Positions 1 through 10,983 are shown, counted from the first letter of the stretch. The stretch is DNA of 37,504 nt from an uncultured Alistipes sp. (GCA_900769525.1 CAAGGY010000157.1:1-37504); one strand, 5' to 3'. Made by a program: numbers and translations. The notes: generated by a model not told the origin, from the sequence alone.

Positions 1-3
1 CTC

Positions 4-58
4 TTTTTTTTTCTTTTTTCAAAACATAGGGTTTTCGAAAAAAAGAAAAAAGAAAAAA
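4..58. repeat. Inverted arrays of TTTTTTC/GAAAAAA heptamers around AAAAC-ATAGG-GTTTT, directly after the ATPase stop codon
   Basis: Read directly from sequence; may extend beyond the window edge. Confidence 0.6.
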
Positions 59-60
59 TG

Positions 61-1062
61 CTATCCAAGCAGTTTGTGCACCGACGACACACTCTTATAC
101 CCCAGCGCATCGGCTATCTGTTGCAGAGTCTTGCCCTCGGCACGCAGGGCACGGGCCTGCTCCAGGCGCTCGTCACGTACGTCGGAAGCCTCGGCACGCT
201 CACGCAGCAGCGCAAAGGGTACACGCTCGCCCGTGGCCACAAAGTTGAGCCCTGGCGTGAAGCGCAGCTCAAACGAGTCGTGCTTATAGTCGCTCGGGAG
301 GTAGTTGCCCTTGACGATGCAGAGGTGGCGTATGTCGTGGCGCTCAGGGTCGGGGCGCAGCTCCATGACAAGGCGCATCTTAGCCTCAAAACCCTGCGAG
401 CCTATGGCGTTGTGCTTCGAGGGGGCAAGACTCTCTGTGCGCTTGCCCGTGTGGTGCAGAAAGACGACAAGCGTTGAGTGCTTGACACTTAGTTGCGAAA
501 ACCTATTCACGAAGCTACGCACACGGTTATTCTCGTTCATAGGGCCCGTGTATAGGTCGGCAAAGGCGTCTATAATAACGAGGTCACGAGGCTTGTCCTC
601 GAGCATCGAGTCGAGGTTTTCGACGAGGTTGTCGAGCTCAAACACAAAGTCGAGCGAGGAGTATGCCTCAGGAGGGGTGTCGAGCTCCCGTAGCTGACGC
701 TGCATAAGCGAGCTTATCGCCTGCGCATCGTCCTCCGAGGCCACGTATATGGCACTGCGGTGTCGTGGATGCAGCCCAAAGCCCAAGAACGTGGGCGCAC
801 CACTCGCCACAGCCATGGCCAACGAGCGCAGAAATGTCGACTTGCCAGAGTCCGACGTGCCCACAAGGGCCACCACGCCCGTGCGAGGGATTATCGGGTC
901 GACAAGAGAGTCGGTGGTCTCAGGCATGGCCATAAGCATGTCGTAGCCGTTGACCAGCAGACGACGAAAGGTGCTTCGCTCGCTCTCGGCACGCTCACGC
1001 AGCTGGTCCATGAGCTGCTGAGTCTCGAGCCTTAGTTGTTCAATGATTGGATTGTCTGTCAT
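61..1062 (-). CDS. RecA/RepA-like (AAA_25-type) ATPase with C-terminal helix-turn-helix
   Basis: Walker A GTSDSGKS, Walker B LVIID, HHTGK motif, C-terminal GKTLQQIADALGY HTH. Start placed at the ATG at 1062 because the longer ORF start lies upstream of the predicted promoter. Confidence 0.8.
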   Translation of the reverse strand: MTDNPIIEQLRLETQQLMDQLRERAESERSTFRRLLVNGYDMLMAMPETTDSLVDPIIPRTGVVALVGTSDSGKSTFLRSLAMAVASGAPTFLGFGLHPRHRSAIYVASEDDAQAISSLMQRQLRELDTPPEAYSSLDFVFELDNLVENLDSMLEDKPRDLVIIDAFADLYTGPMNENNRVRSFVNRFSQLSVKHSTLVVFLHHTGKRTESLAPSKHNAIGSQGFEAKMRLVMELRPDPERHDIRHLCIVKGNYLPSDYKHDSFELRFTPGLNFVATGERVPFALLRERAEASDVRDERLEQARALRAEGKTLQQIADALGYKSVSSVHKLLG

Positions 1063-1128
1063 AGTTATAGATTGGTTAAATGGTGAATAACGGCGGCGCT
1101 CAGAGGCCCATACTGGGGTTAGCCACCT

Positions 1129-1228
1129 GTTCAAGAACTGAACTGACGGTGCAAATATACAACAGAAAAAGTGGTTTGTCAAGAGTTTTCGGTAAAATTA
1201 TTTTACCCGTAGGGTTCAAGGGCTGAAC
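1129..1228 (-). promoter_or_regulatory. Bacteroidota sigmaA promoter (-7 TATATTTG at 1152-1159, -33 CTTG at 1180-1183) flanked by two GTTCA-N5-TGAAC palindromes (1129-1143, 1214-1228)
   Basis: Match to TAnnTTTG consensus with a 20-bp spacer; the two palindromes are 13/15 identical. Confidence 0.65.
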
Positions 1229-1235
1229 GGAGGGG

Positions 1236-1382
1236 GCAGAGATTAGGGATGGGTTCTGATGGGTTCTAATAGGTTCTGATGGGGTGGGTTCTGATGAGTT
1301 CTGATGAGTTCTGATGGGGATTTTTTTTGAGGGCCTCCCCGCCCTCCCCACAAGAACCCACAAGAACCCACAAGAACCCACT
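1236..1382. repeat. Bipartite intergenic repeat, copy 1: six RRGTTCTGAT-type 10-mers, a core, then three CCCACAAGAA 10-mers
   Basis: Tandem 10-mers visible; same architecture at 3560-3800. Confidence 0.9.
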
Positions 1383-1399
1383 ACCAACCCCTCGCCCTC

Positions 1400-1535
1400 T
1401 GCCATTTTGTCAGTCACCGTGTCACTCAAAGTGCTGTTTTGTCAGCCTCGCAACCACCAATGCGACACTTCTGACACATTTAGCCGTTTGGCACACCATT
1501 TGTCCATACCTACAATGTCGAGCGACAACGTGGCA
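1400..1535 (+). promoter_or_regulatory. dnaK control region: sigma54-like -24/-12 element TGGCACACCATTTGT (1489-1503) and several GACA-N3-TGNCA boxes
   Basis: Resembles TGGCAC-N5-TTGC. Boxes at 1400-1412 and 1524-1535, weaker ones at 1412-1424, 1432-1444 and 1464-1476. Confidence 0.55.
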
Positions 1536-1601
1536 ACAACGCCAAAGCAACGCCCGACCACCGAAATGAAAAATTTAATTAACATATAAAATATTACAAC
1601 T

Positions 1602-3497
<1,896 letters not shown>

Positions 3498-3520
3498 CGA
3501 CCAACATACTCACCAACAAG

Positions 3521-3557
3521 AGTTGCCCAATCTCTCGATTAGGCAACTTTTTTTTTT
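3521..3557 (+). terminator. Intrinsic terminator of dnaK
   Basis: AGTTGCC...GGCAACT stem followed by a T run. Confidence 0.85.
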
Positions 3558-3559
3558 GC

Positions 3560-3800
3560 GCAGAGGTTAGGGGAGGTTAGGGAGTGGGTTCTGATGAGTT
3601 CTGATAGGTTCTGATGGGATGGGTTCTGATAGGTTCTGATGAGTTCTGGTGGGGATTTTATTTCGAGAGCCTCCTCGCCCTCCCCACAAGAACCCACCAG
3701 ACCCCACAAGAACCCACCAGACCCCACAAGCCCCCACAAGAACCCACAAGAACCCACAAGAACCCAAAAGAACCCACAAGAACCCACAAGCCCCCAAAAG
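3560..3800. repeat. Bipartite intergenic repeat, copy 2: six RRGTTCTGAT-type 10-mers, a core, then about 12 CCCACAAGAA-type 10-mers
   Basis: Same order and similar core as 1236-1382. Confidence 0.9.
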
Positions 3801-3853
3801 CCTCCCCCCCCCACAAAAACCCTCCCATATTTTCTCAAACTTAAAAAAATGAC

Positions 3854-3861
3854 TATCTTTG
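3854..3861 (+). promoter_or_regulatory. sigmaA -7 element TATCTTTG for the steroid reductase operon
   Basis: TAnnTTTG consensus upstream of the CDS at 3992. Confidence 0.6.
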
Positions 3862-3991
3862 TGCGATTTATGCGCACACACGCAGAGCGCACGTAGCAAC
3901 CTACGCCCACAACACGCACGTAGCACCTACGCCACAACACCCTGCACCTGCGCACCTAAGCAAGCAGACACAAACAAATAAAAGAAGAGAT

Positions 3992-4774
3992 ATGTTTACA
4001 GAGTTAATCTCATTCGAGACCTACACCACCTTCCTATGGATTATGGCCGCAGTTGCCGTGGTGGTATTCGTTGCCCTCTACTTCGTGGAGGCAGGCTATG
4101 GCTACCTTTTCAACCCCAAGTTTGGCTTCCCTGTGCCCAACAAGGTTGCCTGGGTTATCATGGAGTGCCCCGTCTTCTTCGTCATGGCTCTGCTGTGGTG
4201 GCTCTCGCCCGCACGCTTCGAGGTAGCACCGCTTGTTCTGTTTGCGGTGTTCCAGACCCACTACTTCCAGCGCTCGTTCATCTTCCCGCTGCTCATTCGT
4301 GGCAACTCGAAGATGCCTGTGGGCATTATGCTTATGGGTGCAGTGTTCAACACCCTCAACGCTGTGATGCAGGGTGGCTGGATATTCTACTACGGCCCTG
4401 AGCAGGGTTACTACGATGGCTGGATGTCGAAGCCTTATATCTACATCGGCATCGCCGTGTTCCTGTTCGGCTTTATCACCAACCTCCACTCCGACTACAT
4501 CATCCGCAACCTACGTAAGCCTGGCGACACGAAGCACTACATCCCTAAGGGAGGTATGTTTAAGTATGTATCGTCGGCAAACTACTTCGGTGAGTTTATG
4601 GAGTGGGTGGGCTTCGCTATTGCCTCATGGTCGTGGGCAGGCGTTGTATTTGCGCTCTGGACCTTTGCCAACCTCGGACCTCGCTCAGCGTCGTTGTACA
4701 AGCGCTATGAGCGTGAGTTTGGAGCGGAGTTCACCTCGCTTGGACGCAAGCGCATCATTCCGTTCATCTACTAA
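3992..4774 (+). CDS. 3-oxo-5-alpha-steroid 4-dehydrogenase (steroid 5alpha-reductase family), membrane protein
   Basis: AWVIMECP, HYFQRSFIFP, NLHSDYIIRNLRKPGDT, ANYFGEFMEW and ANLGPR match SRD5A motifs. Confidence 0.92.
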   Translation: MFTELISFETYTTFLWIMAAVAVVVFVALYFVEAGYGYLFNPKFGFPVPNKVAWVIMECPVFFVMALLWWLSPARFEVAPLVLFAVFQTHYFQRSFIFPLLIRGNSKMPVGIMLMGAVFNTLNAVMQGGWIFYYGPEQGYYDGWMSKPYIYIGIAVFLFGFITNLHSDYIIRNLRKPGDTKHYIPKGGMFKYVSSANYFGEFMEWVGFAIASWSWAGVVFALWTFANLGPRSASLYKRYEREFGAEFTSLGRKRIIPFIY

Positions 4775-4794
4775 TCGACAAACAACTTTACACT

Positions 4795-6042
4795 ATGGAT
4801 AACAAGAAGCGACTCGAGGAGTCAAAACTATTTACACCCTACAAATTAGGTAGTGTAACACTTCGCAACCGTGTCATTCGCTCGGCAGCGTTCGAATCAA
4901 TGGGTAAGGACTTCGGCCCTACACAAAAGCTCAAGGACTACCACGTCAGCGTGGCACGTGGTGGCGTGGGTATGACCACCGTTGCCTACGCCTCAATCAA
5001 CCGTAGCGGCATCTCGTTCAACAAGCAGCTATGGTTGCGTGATGAGATTGTCCCAGCATTGCGTGACCTCACCGACGCCGTTCACGCTGAGGGTGCTGCC
5101 GTGGGCATACAGCTCGGCCACTGCGGTAACATGACACACTGGTCAACAGCGGGTAGCTTCCCAGTATCGGCCTCTAACGGCTTCAACCTCTACTCGCCAA
5201 CCTTCCACCGCCGCATGACGCACAAGGAGATTGCACAATTTGCCAAGGACTTCGGCACTGCCGTGGAGACAGCCTACAACGCTGGCTTCGACTCAGTAGA
5301 GGTTCACGCAGGCCACGGCTACCTCATCTCGCAGTTCCTCTCACCATATACCAACCACCGCCACGATGAGTTTGGTGGTAAGCTCGAGAACCGCATGCGC
5401 TTTATGAATATGTGCTTGGAGGAGGTGTGCGAGGCTGCACGCAAGCGAGGCATGGGCGTACTCGTTAAGCACAACATGGAGGATGGCTTCAAGCGAGGCA
5501 TACAGATAGATGAGTCAATCGAGATTGCCAAGCAGATTGAGTCGTTCGGTGTCGATGGCATCGTGCTCTCATCGGGCTTCGTCTCTAAGGCCCCTATGGC
5601 CGTTATGCGTGGCCGTATCCCAACAAAGACCATGGGTTACTACATGGGCTGGAACGAGTGGCTTCAAAAGATTGTAGTCTCGTTGTTCGGTCAGTGGCTT
5701 ATTAAGCAGTACGACTTCGAGGAGTGCTACTTCTTAGAGAATGCCAAGAAGTTCCGTGCAGCGTTGAAGGGTCCGTTGGTTTATGTCGGTGGCCTTGTGT
5801 CACGTGAGGGCATCGAGAGGGTCTTGGACGAGGGCTTCGAGCTGGTGCAGATGGCCCGTGCTTTGGTCAACGACCCAGCCTTTGTCAACAAGCTCAAGGA
5901 GGGTGATATGTCAACACGCAGCGGTTGCGACCACCGTGACTACTGCATGGCACGTATGTATTCAGTAGATATGCAGTGCTGCCACAACTGCAAGGAGCAT
6001 ATTCCTGAGCGTTTGTGGCGCGAGATTAACAAGATTAAGTAA
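4795..6042 (+). CDS. NADH:flavin oxidoreductase (Old Yellow Enzyme family), candidate bile-acid 5beta-reductase
   Basis: LRNRVIRSAAFE, EVHAGHGYLISQFLSP, C-terminal Cys cluster; adjacent to the 5alpha-reductase. Confidence 0.88.
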   Translation: MDNKKRLEESKLFTPYKLGSVTLRNRVIRSAAFESMGKDFGPTQKLKDYHVSVARGGVGMTTVAYASINRSGISFNKQLWLRDEIVPALRDLTDAVHAEGAAVGIQLGHCGNMTHWSTAGSFPVSASNGFNLYSPTFHRRMTHKEIAQFAKDFGTAVETAYNAGFDSVEVHAGHGYLISQFLSPYTNHRHDEFGGKLENRMRFMNMCLEEVCEAARKRGMGVLVKHNMEDGFKRGIQIDESIEIAKQIESFGVDGIVLSSGFVSKAPMAVMRGRIPTKTMGYYMGWNEWLQKIVVSLFGQWLIKQYDFEECYFLENAKKFRAALKGPLVYVGGLVSREGIERVLDEGFELVQMARALVNDPAFVNKLKEGDMSTRSGCDHRDYCMARMYSVDMQCCHNCKEHIPERLWREINKIK

Positions 6043-6051
6043 GCAGAGGTT

Positions 6052-6867
6052 ATGTGTTTTCGTCGCAACTTAGGCAACGTTGAGCGTGGCTCAGCGTGGG
6101 CGCTTGTCACAGGCTCAGCACTCGGCATCGGACGTCAGTATGCTGAGCAGCTTGCCGAGCGTGGCTATAATATATATATGGTAGACATCCTCGAAGATGT
6201 TGTCCGTGAGGCCGAGATTATCGAGCATTCGCACCGTGTGAAGTGCGTAGCCAAGGTCATGGACCTCGCAACACAGGATGCAGCACGCACCCTCCACGCC
6301 ACGACCACTGCCGAGGGCTACGTCTTCGACGTTGTAATCAACAATGCAGGTATGTTCTCGCACTGCGACATCCTCACCACACCCCTCGAGCGTATCGAGC
6401 GCCTTATCACGCTTCACGACCTCACGCTCACGATGATGTGTCGCCTCTATGGCGAGGATATGAAGCGCCGAGGCTATGGTCGTCTGCTCAATATGTCGAG
6501 CTACTCTATCTGGATGCCATTCCCAGGCTTGGCCCTCTATAGCGCCTCAAAGGCCTACGTCAAGAGCTTCACCGAGGCATTTGCCAAGGAGCTACGCAAG
6601 ACAGGTGTCACAATCACGGCCATCTGCCCCGCAGGTATCGCCACCGACCTCTACGGCCTATCGAAGGATTTGCAGAAGTTCGGCACCAAGACAGGCATCC
6701 TAATGAAGCCAAGCAGCTGTGCTCGTCGTGGCCTCAAGGCTATGTTCAAGGGCCGCAGCGTTGTGGTGCCCGACTGGTGGTATAAGATTCTTATCCCAAT
6801 ATGCAAGTACCTGCCAGGATTTATCATTCGACCATTGCGCAACTTCACGATGAAGTGGCAGAAGTAA
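6052..6867 (+). CDS. Short-chain dehydrogenase/reductase, candidate 3beta-hydroxysteroid dehydrogenase
   Basis: TGSALGIG, NNAG, YSASK; substrate inferred from context only. Confidence 0.85.
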   Translation: MCFRRNLGNVERGSAWALVTGSALGIGRQYAEQLAERGYNIYMVDILEDVVREAEIIEHSHRVKCVAKVMDLATQDAARTLHATTTAEGYVFDVVINNAGMFSHCDILTTPLERIERLITLHDLTLTMMCRLYGEDMKRRGYGRLLNMSSYSIWMPFPGLALYSASKAYVKSFTEAFAKELRKTGVTITAICPAGIATDLYGLSKDLQKFGTKTGILMKPSSCARRGLKAMFKGRSVVVPDWWYKILIPICKYLPGFIIRPLRNFTMKWQK

Positions 6868-6876
6868 AAGAGCAAG

Positions 6877-9366
6877 ATGATGCAGCAACAAGAGCAACAT
6901 ATTGATTCACAGGCAACTAACAGCCAGTGTAGACAACGCAAACCAAGACGTGGACTTCGAGCAACACTCATTGTCCTCGCTGCGTTGCTTGCGCTTATTG
7001 TTGTGATTGTCGCTGCCGTCATCATCTGGCTTGGCCCTATCGCCGAGCGTGTTGTGGAGCGCTACGACAAGGAGCTTATCGGTCGCCGCATCGAGATGAG
7101 CAACCTGCGCATCAAGCTCTTTCGTGGCGAGCTCTCGGTCGACAGCCTTCGTATGTTCGAGCCTAACGACTCGACCCACTTCGTCAACATCGACCGCCTC
7201 GAGAGTAGCATCGCAGTATGTGAAGCCTTCAAACGCCATATCGACATCACAGGCATAAGCCTTAGCCGCCCCGAGGCCTCGGTGGTGCAGCGTGACACGG
7301 TGTTTAACTTCGACGATATTATCACATTCATCGACACCACCTACCTTAGCTCCGAAATCGACACAACGGCTGTCGAGGGCGAGCCTTGGAGGGTATCTAT
7401 CAAGAACATAAAGCTCGAGAGTGGCCGTGCCTCATACCTCGACACGGTGCTCGACCAGAGTTGGGTTGTAAGCAGCCTCAACGTCCTGAGCGACAGCATC
7501 ATGCTCTCCGATGCCAAGAGCTTCATCGTGGCCAATGCCAACATCAACGAGCGAGCACACCTCGACGGCACATTAGGCATCAACCTCTCAAACCTCGACT
7601 TCGAGTTCGATGGCACACTCAGCAACTTCTCACTCGCCGACCTATATAAATATATAGTGCCGGTGCTCAACATCTCGCAAATCGAGGGATTGCTCTCGAC
7701 AGATATCAACATCGAGGGCAACGCCTCGGAGCTCACGGCCATGGATATCAAGGGTGCGCTCTCGCTCGATGGCTTCCAGCTCACAGGGCGTGACGGAGGT
7801 AACCTACTCTCTGCTGGCAACCTCACGGCCCACATCTCGGAGCTCAACATCGACAAGCAGAGCTACATCCTCTCGTCGCTCGTTGCGTCGAACTACTCTA
7901 CGCAGTTTATCATGCACAAGGATGGCCGCACCAACTTCGACGGCCTCTTCTACGACGAGCCTGAGGTGAGCCTCGAGACCACCTCCGAGAGCGTTAGCAG
8001 CAACATCTAAGCCCAGCGTGAGAGGGTTACAATCGCCACCGAGAGTAGCACTTCGCCACTCAGTGGCATGACACTACGCATCGGCGAACTCAAGTTGCAG
8101 GGTGGCAACATCTTCTTTGCCGATAGGACGATGACCAAGGAGTTTGAGTACAGCCTCTCGAACATCGCTATCGAGAGCCGTGGTTTCGACATTGCCGCAC
8201 GCAACAAGCTCACCATCAGGGCCAATATGCAGCGTAAGGGTACTGCCCTACTGCGCTGGGAGGGCTCGCTCAACGACTTCTACAACCAGAGCCTCTTGGC
8301 CTCGTTGCAGAATGTCAACATGGAGGACTTCACACCCTATGTCGAGCACTACACCGCCTTCCCCGTGACCTCAGGCAACCTCACCTTCCGCAGTCAGAAC
8401 ACCATCACCAATGGCGAGATTAGCGGCATGAACCGCCTGGGCACCTACGACTTCAAGGTCGGCAAAAAGGATAGAAGCATGAAGCCTGAGTACAAGATAC
8501 CCCTGCGTTTAGGTGTCTTTATGCTTACCGACAAGGACAACCACATCGACGTCGACTTGCCAATCACGGGAAATATCGACTCTCCAGAGTTCTCGCTACG
8601 CAAGGTTATCTTCAAGGCCATAGGCAAGCTGCTACTCAAGATTGTAGCCTCGCCATTTAGCTGGATGTCAGCCGATAAGCAGGATACGTTCCGAGCTATC
8701 GACTTCACACTTTTAGACCCAACGCTTAGCTCTGAGCACTACGCTCGTCTGGACAAGATTGCCGAGGAGCTTAAGGGCGACGAGACTATGAAGGTGCGCC
8801 TTGAGCAGCGTGTCAACTACCAGCGTGCCCGACGAGAGATTGCCGACCTAAACCTCAAGATGGCGTTCTACAACTCGCAGCAGACAGATAGCGATAAGCG
8901 CCTCGACATGCTCGACTTTGTGCGTATCCAGGAGCTCAAGCTCTCAGGCAAGGAGATTGTCGAGTTTGCCGACTCGCAGCTCATTGCCCGAGGCATCGAC
9001 CCTCAGCACCTCTCGACACACGCCAAGGCCGAGGCTCTCTATGGCAACATTGTCGACATGCAGCTTAACCGCATCATGGAGGCTCGCAACAAGACCATTC
9101 GTGACTACATGAGCTTCCAACACAAGGAGCTCGCACCCGATAGCTTTAGCATCGAGTCGATGAGCAAGGAGAAGATGGAGAGCTACCACGGCAAGGAGCG
9201 CTTTGGCGTAACCCTTGTTATCGACGGCGAGGAGGTGGCCATGGAGGATAAGGAGCAGGAGGCAGAGGTCGAAAATGAGAGTACGGCAACTGACCAAGAC
9301 AATAATGAGAGTGCTGCTGCGTTAGAGCAGCATAAGGCGCAAAACTCAGAGAGCATAGCAGAGTAA
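6877..9366 (+). pseudogene. DUF748/AsmA-like envelope protein interrupted by a single in-frame TAA at 8008-8010
   Basis: ORFs 6877-8010 and 8068-9366 share a frame with open codons between them. N-terminal TM anchor, beta-rich body, LTDKDNHIDVDLPITGNIDSPEFS motif. Confidence 0.7.
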
Positions 9367-9407
9367 TACAACGACAACAAATCATTAATAATTAACAAAT
9401 TAACAGA

Positions 9408-10412
9408 ATGAAAAAACTATTTTTCGTAGCTGCCGTATTCGCCTTTGCAATTGGCAGCATGGCTTGCGGTTCAAGCCCAAAGTTCAAGACAGACAAGGAC
9501 TCACTCTCATACGCTGTGGGTGCTGACCTCGGTCTTAATGTAAAGTTCGGTGTTAAGGAGCTCGACCTCGACCAGGAGCTCGTCATCAAGAACCTTAAGG
9601 AGTTTATGGCCAACGGCGACGTTGAGTCTGAAGAGTTCAAGAATGAGATGCAGTATATGCAGACATTCCAGTTCACTAAGTTTATGCCATATATGCAGGT
9701 AGCCTCTATGCACGAGCGTTCTGAGCAGCCTGACACCCTCCCAGCACTCCCAGAGCTCTACGACGAGGAGTACACACGTGAGCGTGTTGCACGTTGCATC
9801 GGTATGTCAATGGGTGCTAACGTATCATCTATCAAGCAGGAGTTGGAGATGAAGCAGGTTGAGCACGGTATCGCTGACGCCTTGAAGGTTGAGGATATCG
9901 AGAAGATTGACGAGACTCTCAAGATCACTCAGGAGCAGATGCAGCAGGTCTTCAAGTCATACCAGGAGAAGATGATGAAGAAGCAGCAGGAGGAGCACGA
10001 GGCAGCTTTGAAGGCTAACGCTGAGGAGTCAACAAAGTGGCTCGCTGAGGTCGAGAAGATGGAGGGCGTTCAGAAGACTGAGTCAGGTCTTTTGTACCGC
10101 ATCGACCGTGAGGGTGATGGCAAGCAGGCTGTCAACGACGAGGATACCGTAAAGGTTAACTACGAGGGTAAGACTCGCACTGGCAAGGTCTTCGACTCAA
10201 GCTACGAGCGTGGCGAGGCTATCGAGTTCCCACTCAACCGTGTTATCAAGGGTTGGACTGAGGGTATGAAGCTCGTTAAGGTTGGTGGCCAGATCACATT
10301 GTGGATTCCTGCTGAGCTCGCTTACGGTGAGCGTGGCGCAGGTGCTGACATTGGCCCTAACGAGGCTCTCGAGTTCAAGGTAGAGCTCTTGGACGTTACT
10401 TCAGCTAAGTAG
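9408..10412 (+). CDS. FKBP-type peptidyl-prolyl isomerase (FkpA/Mip-like), probable lipoprotein
   Basis: DSLSYAVG, TESGLLY, VNYEG, FDSSYERG, VIKGWTEG, ELAYGERG; signal peptide ending MAC. Confidence 0.93.
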   Translation: MKKLFFVAAVFAFAIGSMACGSSPKFKTDKDSLSYAVGADLGLNVKFGVKELDLDQELVIKNLKEFMANGDVESEEFKNEMQYMQTFQFTKFMPYMQVASMHERSEQPDTLPALPELYDEEYTRERVARCIGMSMGANVSSIKQELEMKQVEHGIADALKVEDIEKIDETLKITQEQMQQVFKSYQEKMMKKQQEEHEAALKANAEESTKWLAEVEKMEGVQKTESGLLYRIDREGDGKQAVNDEDTVKVNYEGKTRTGKVFDSSYERGEAIEFPLNRVIKGWTEGMKLVKVGGQITLWIPAELAYGERGAGADIGPNEALEFKVELLDVTSAK

Positions 10413-10434
10413 TCGCATTAAGGTAAAATAGCTT

Positions 10435-10471
10435 AGGAGTCTGTCACCGTGTGGCAGGCTCCTTCTTTTTT
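10435..10471 (+). terminator. Intrinsic terminator
   Basis: AGGAGTCTGTCAC/GTGGCAGGCTCCT stem plus T tract. Confidence 0.8.
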
Positions 10472-10594
10472 CACTCTGCTCTCAGCAGCCCGACAGCTAC
10501 GGCTAAACCCACGAAGAGCATAAAATTTAGCCATCCGTGGCAGTATGAGTCAAAAAAAACTGAATAAAGGTTAGTTAAGTTGCAGAAAAATTCA

Positions 10595-10602
10595 TACATT
10601 TG
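10595..10602 (+). promoter_or_regulatory. sigmaA -7 element TACATTTG upstream of the Dabb-hut genes
   Basis: TAnnTTTG in an AT-rich intergenic region. Confidence 0.55.
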
Positions 10603-10645
10603 TATGATTGAACCAAAACCTAACATAAATAAAAATTTATAACCT

Positions 10646-10945
10646 ATGATTCGACACATCGTAATGTGGAAATTTCGCCGCGATTTGAGCGAGACTCCTA
10701 AGCAGATAGCTGAGCAGATGAAGAGCCGCCTTGAGGGACTTAAGGGCAAGATTGATGGTCTTATCTCGATAGAGGTGGGCGTAAACGTCAAGGAGAGTGC
10801 CTCATCGTACGACGCAGTGCTAATATCGGACTTCGAGTCATGGGAGAAGATGGAGGCCTACAAAATCAACCCTCTGCACGTCGTAATCAGCGACTACTGC
10901 AAGGAGCGCCGAGAGGAGCGTGTAGATGTCGACTACGAACTTTAA
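10646..10945 (+). CDS. Dabb family (stress-responsive alpha/beta barrel) protein
   Basis: MIRHIVMWKF start, EVGVN, YKINPLH, VDY end; 99 aa. Confidence 0.85.
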   Translation: MIRHIVMWKFRRDLSETPKQIAEQMKSRLEGLKGKIDGLISIEVGVNVKESASSYDAVLISDFESWEKMEAYKINPLHVVISDYCKERREERVDVDYEL

Positions 10946-10983
10946 GAGTCAATTCAATAAAACAAAATAAAACCTAAATCACT

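Noticed and set aside
1063..1182. 40-aa N-terminal extension of the ATPase ORF
   Set aside because: It spans the predicted promoter; the ATG at 1062 has an AT-rich initiation context
3539..3955. ORFs across the repeat (3539-3955, 3567-3926, 3614-3844, 3639-3896; also 1100-1429, 1314-1589)
   Set aside because: Low-complexity translations of the tandem repeats, open in several frames
8008..8010. Stop-codon reassignment, selenocysteine or pyrrolysine
   Set aside because: The codon is TAA, which terminates many genes in this window; Sec and Pyl use TGA and TAG
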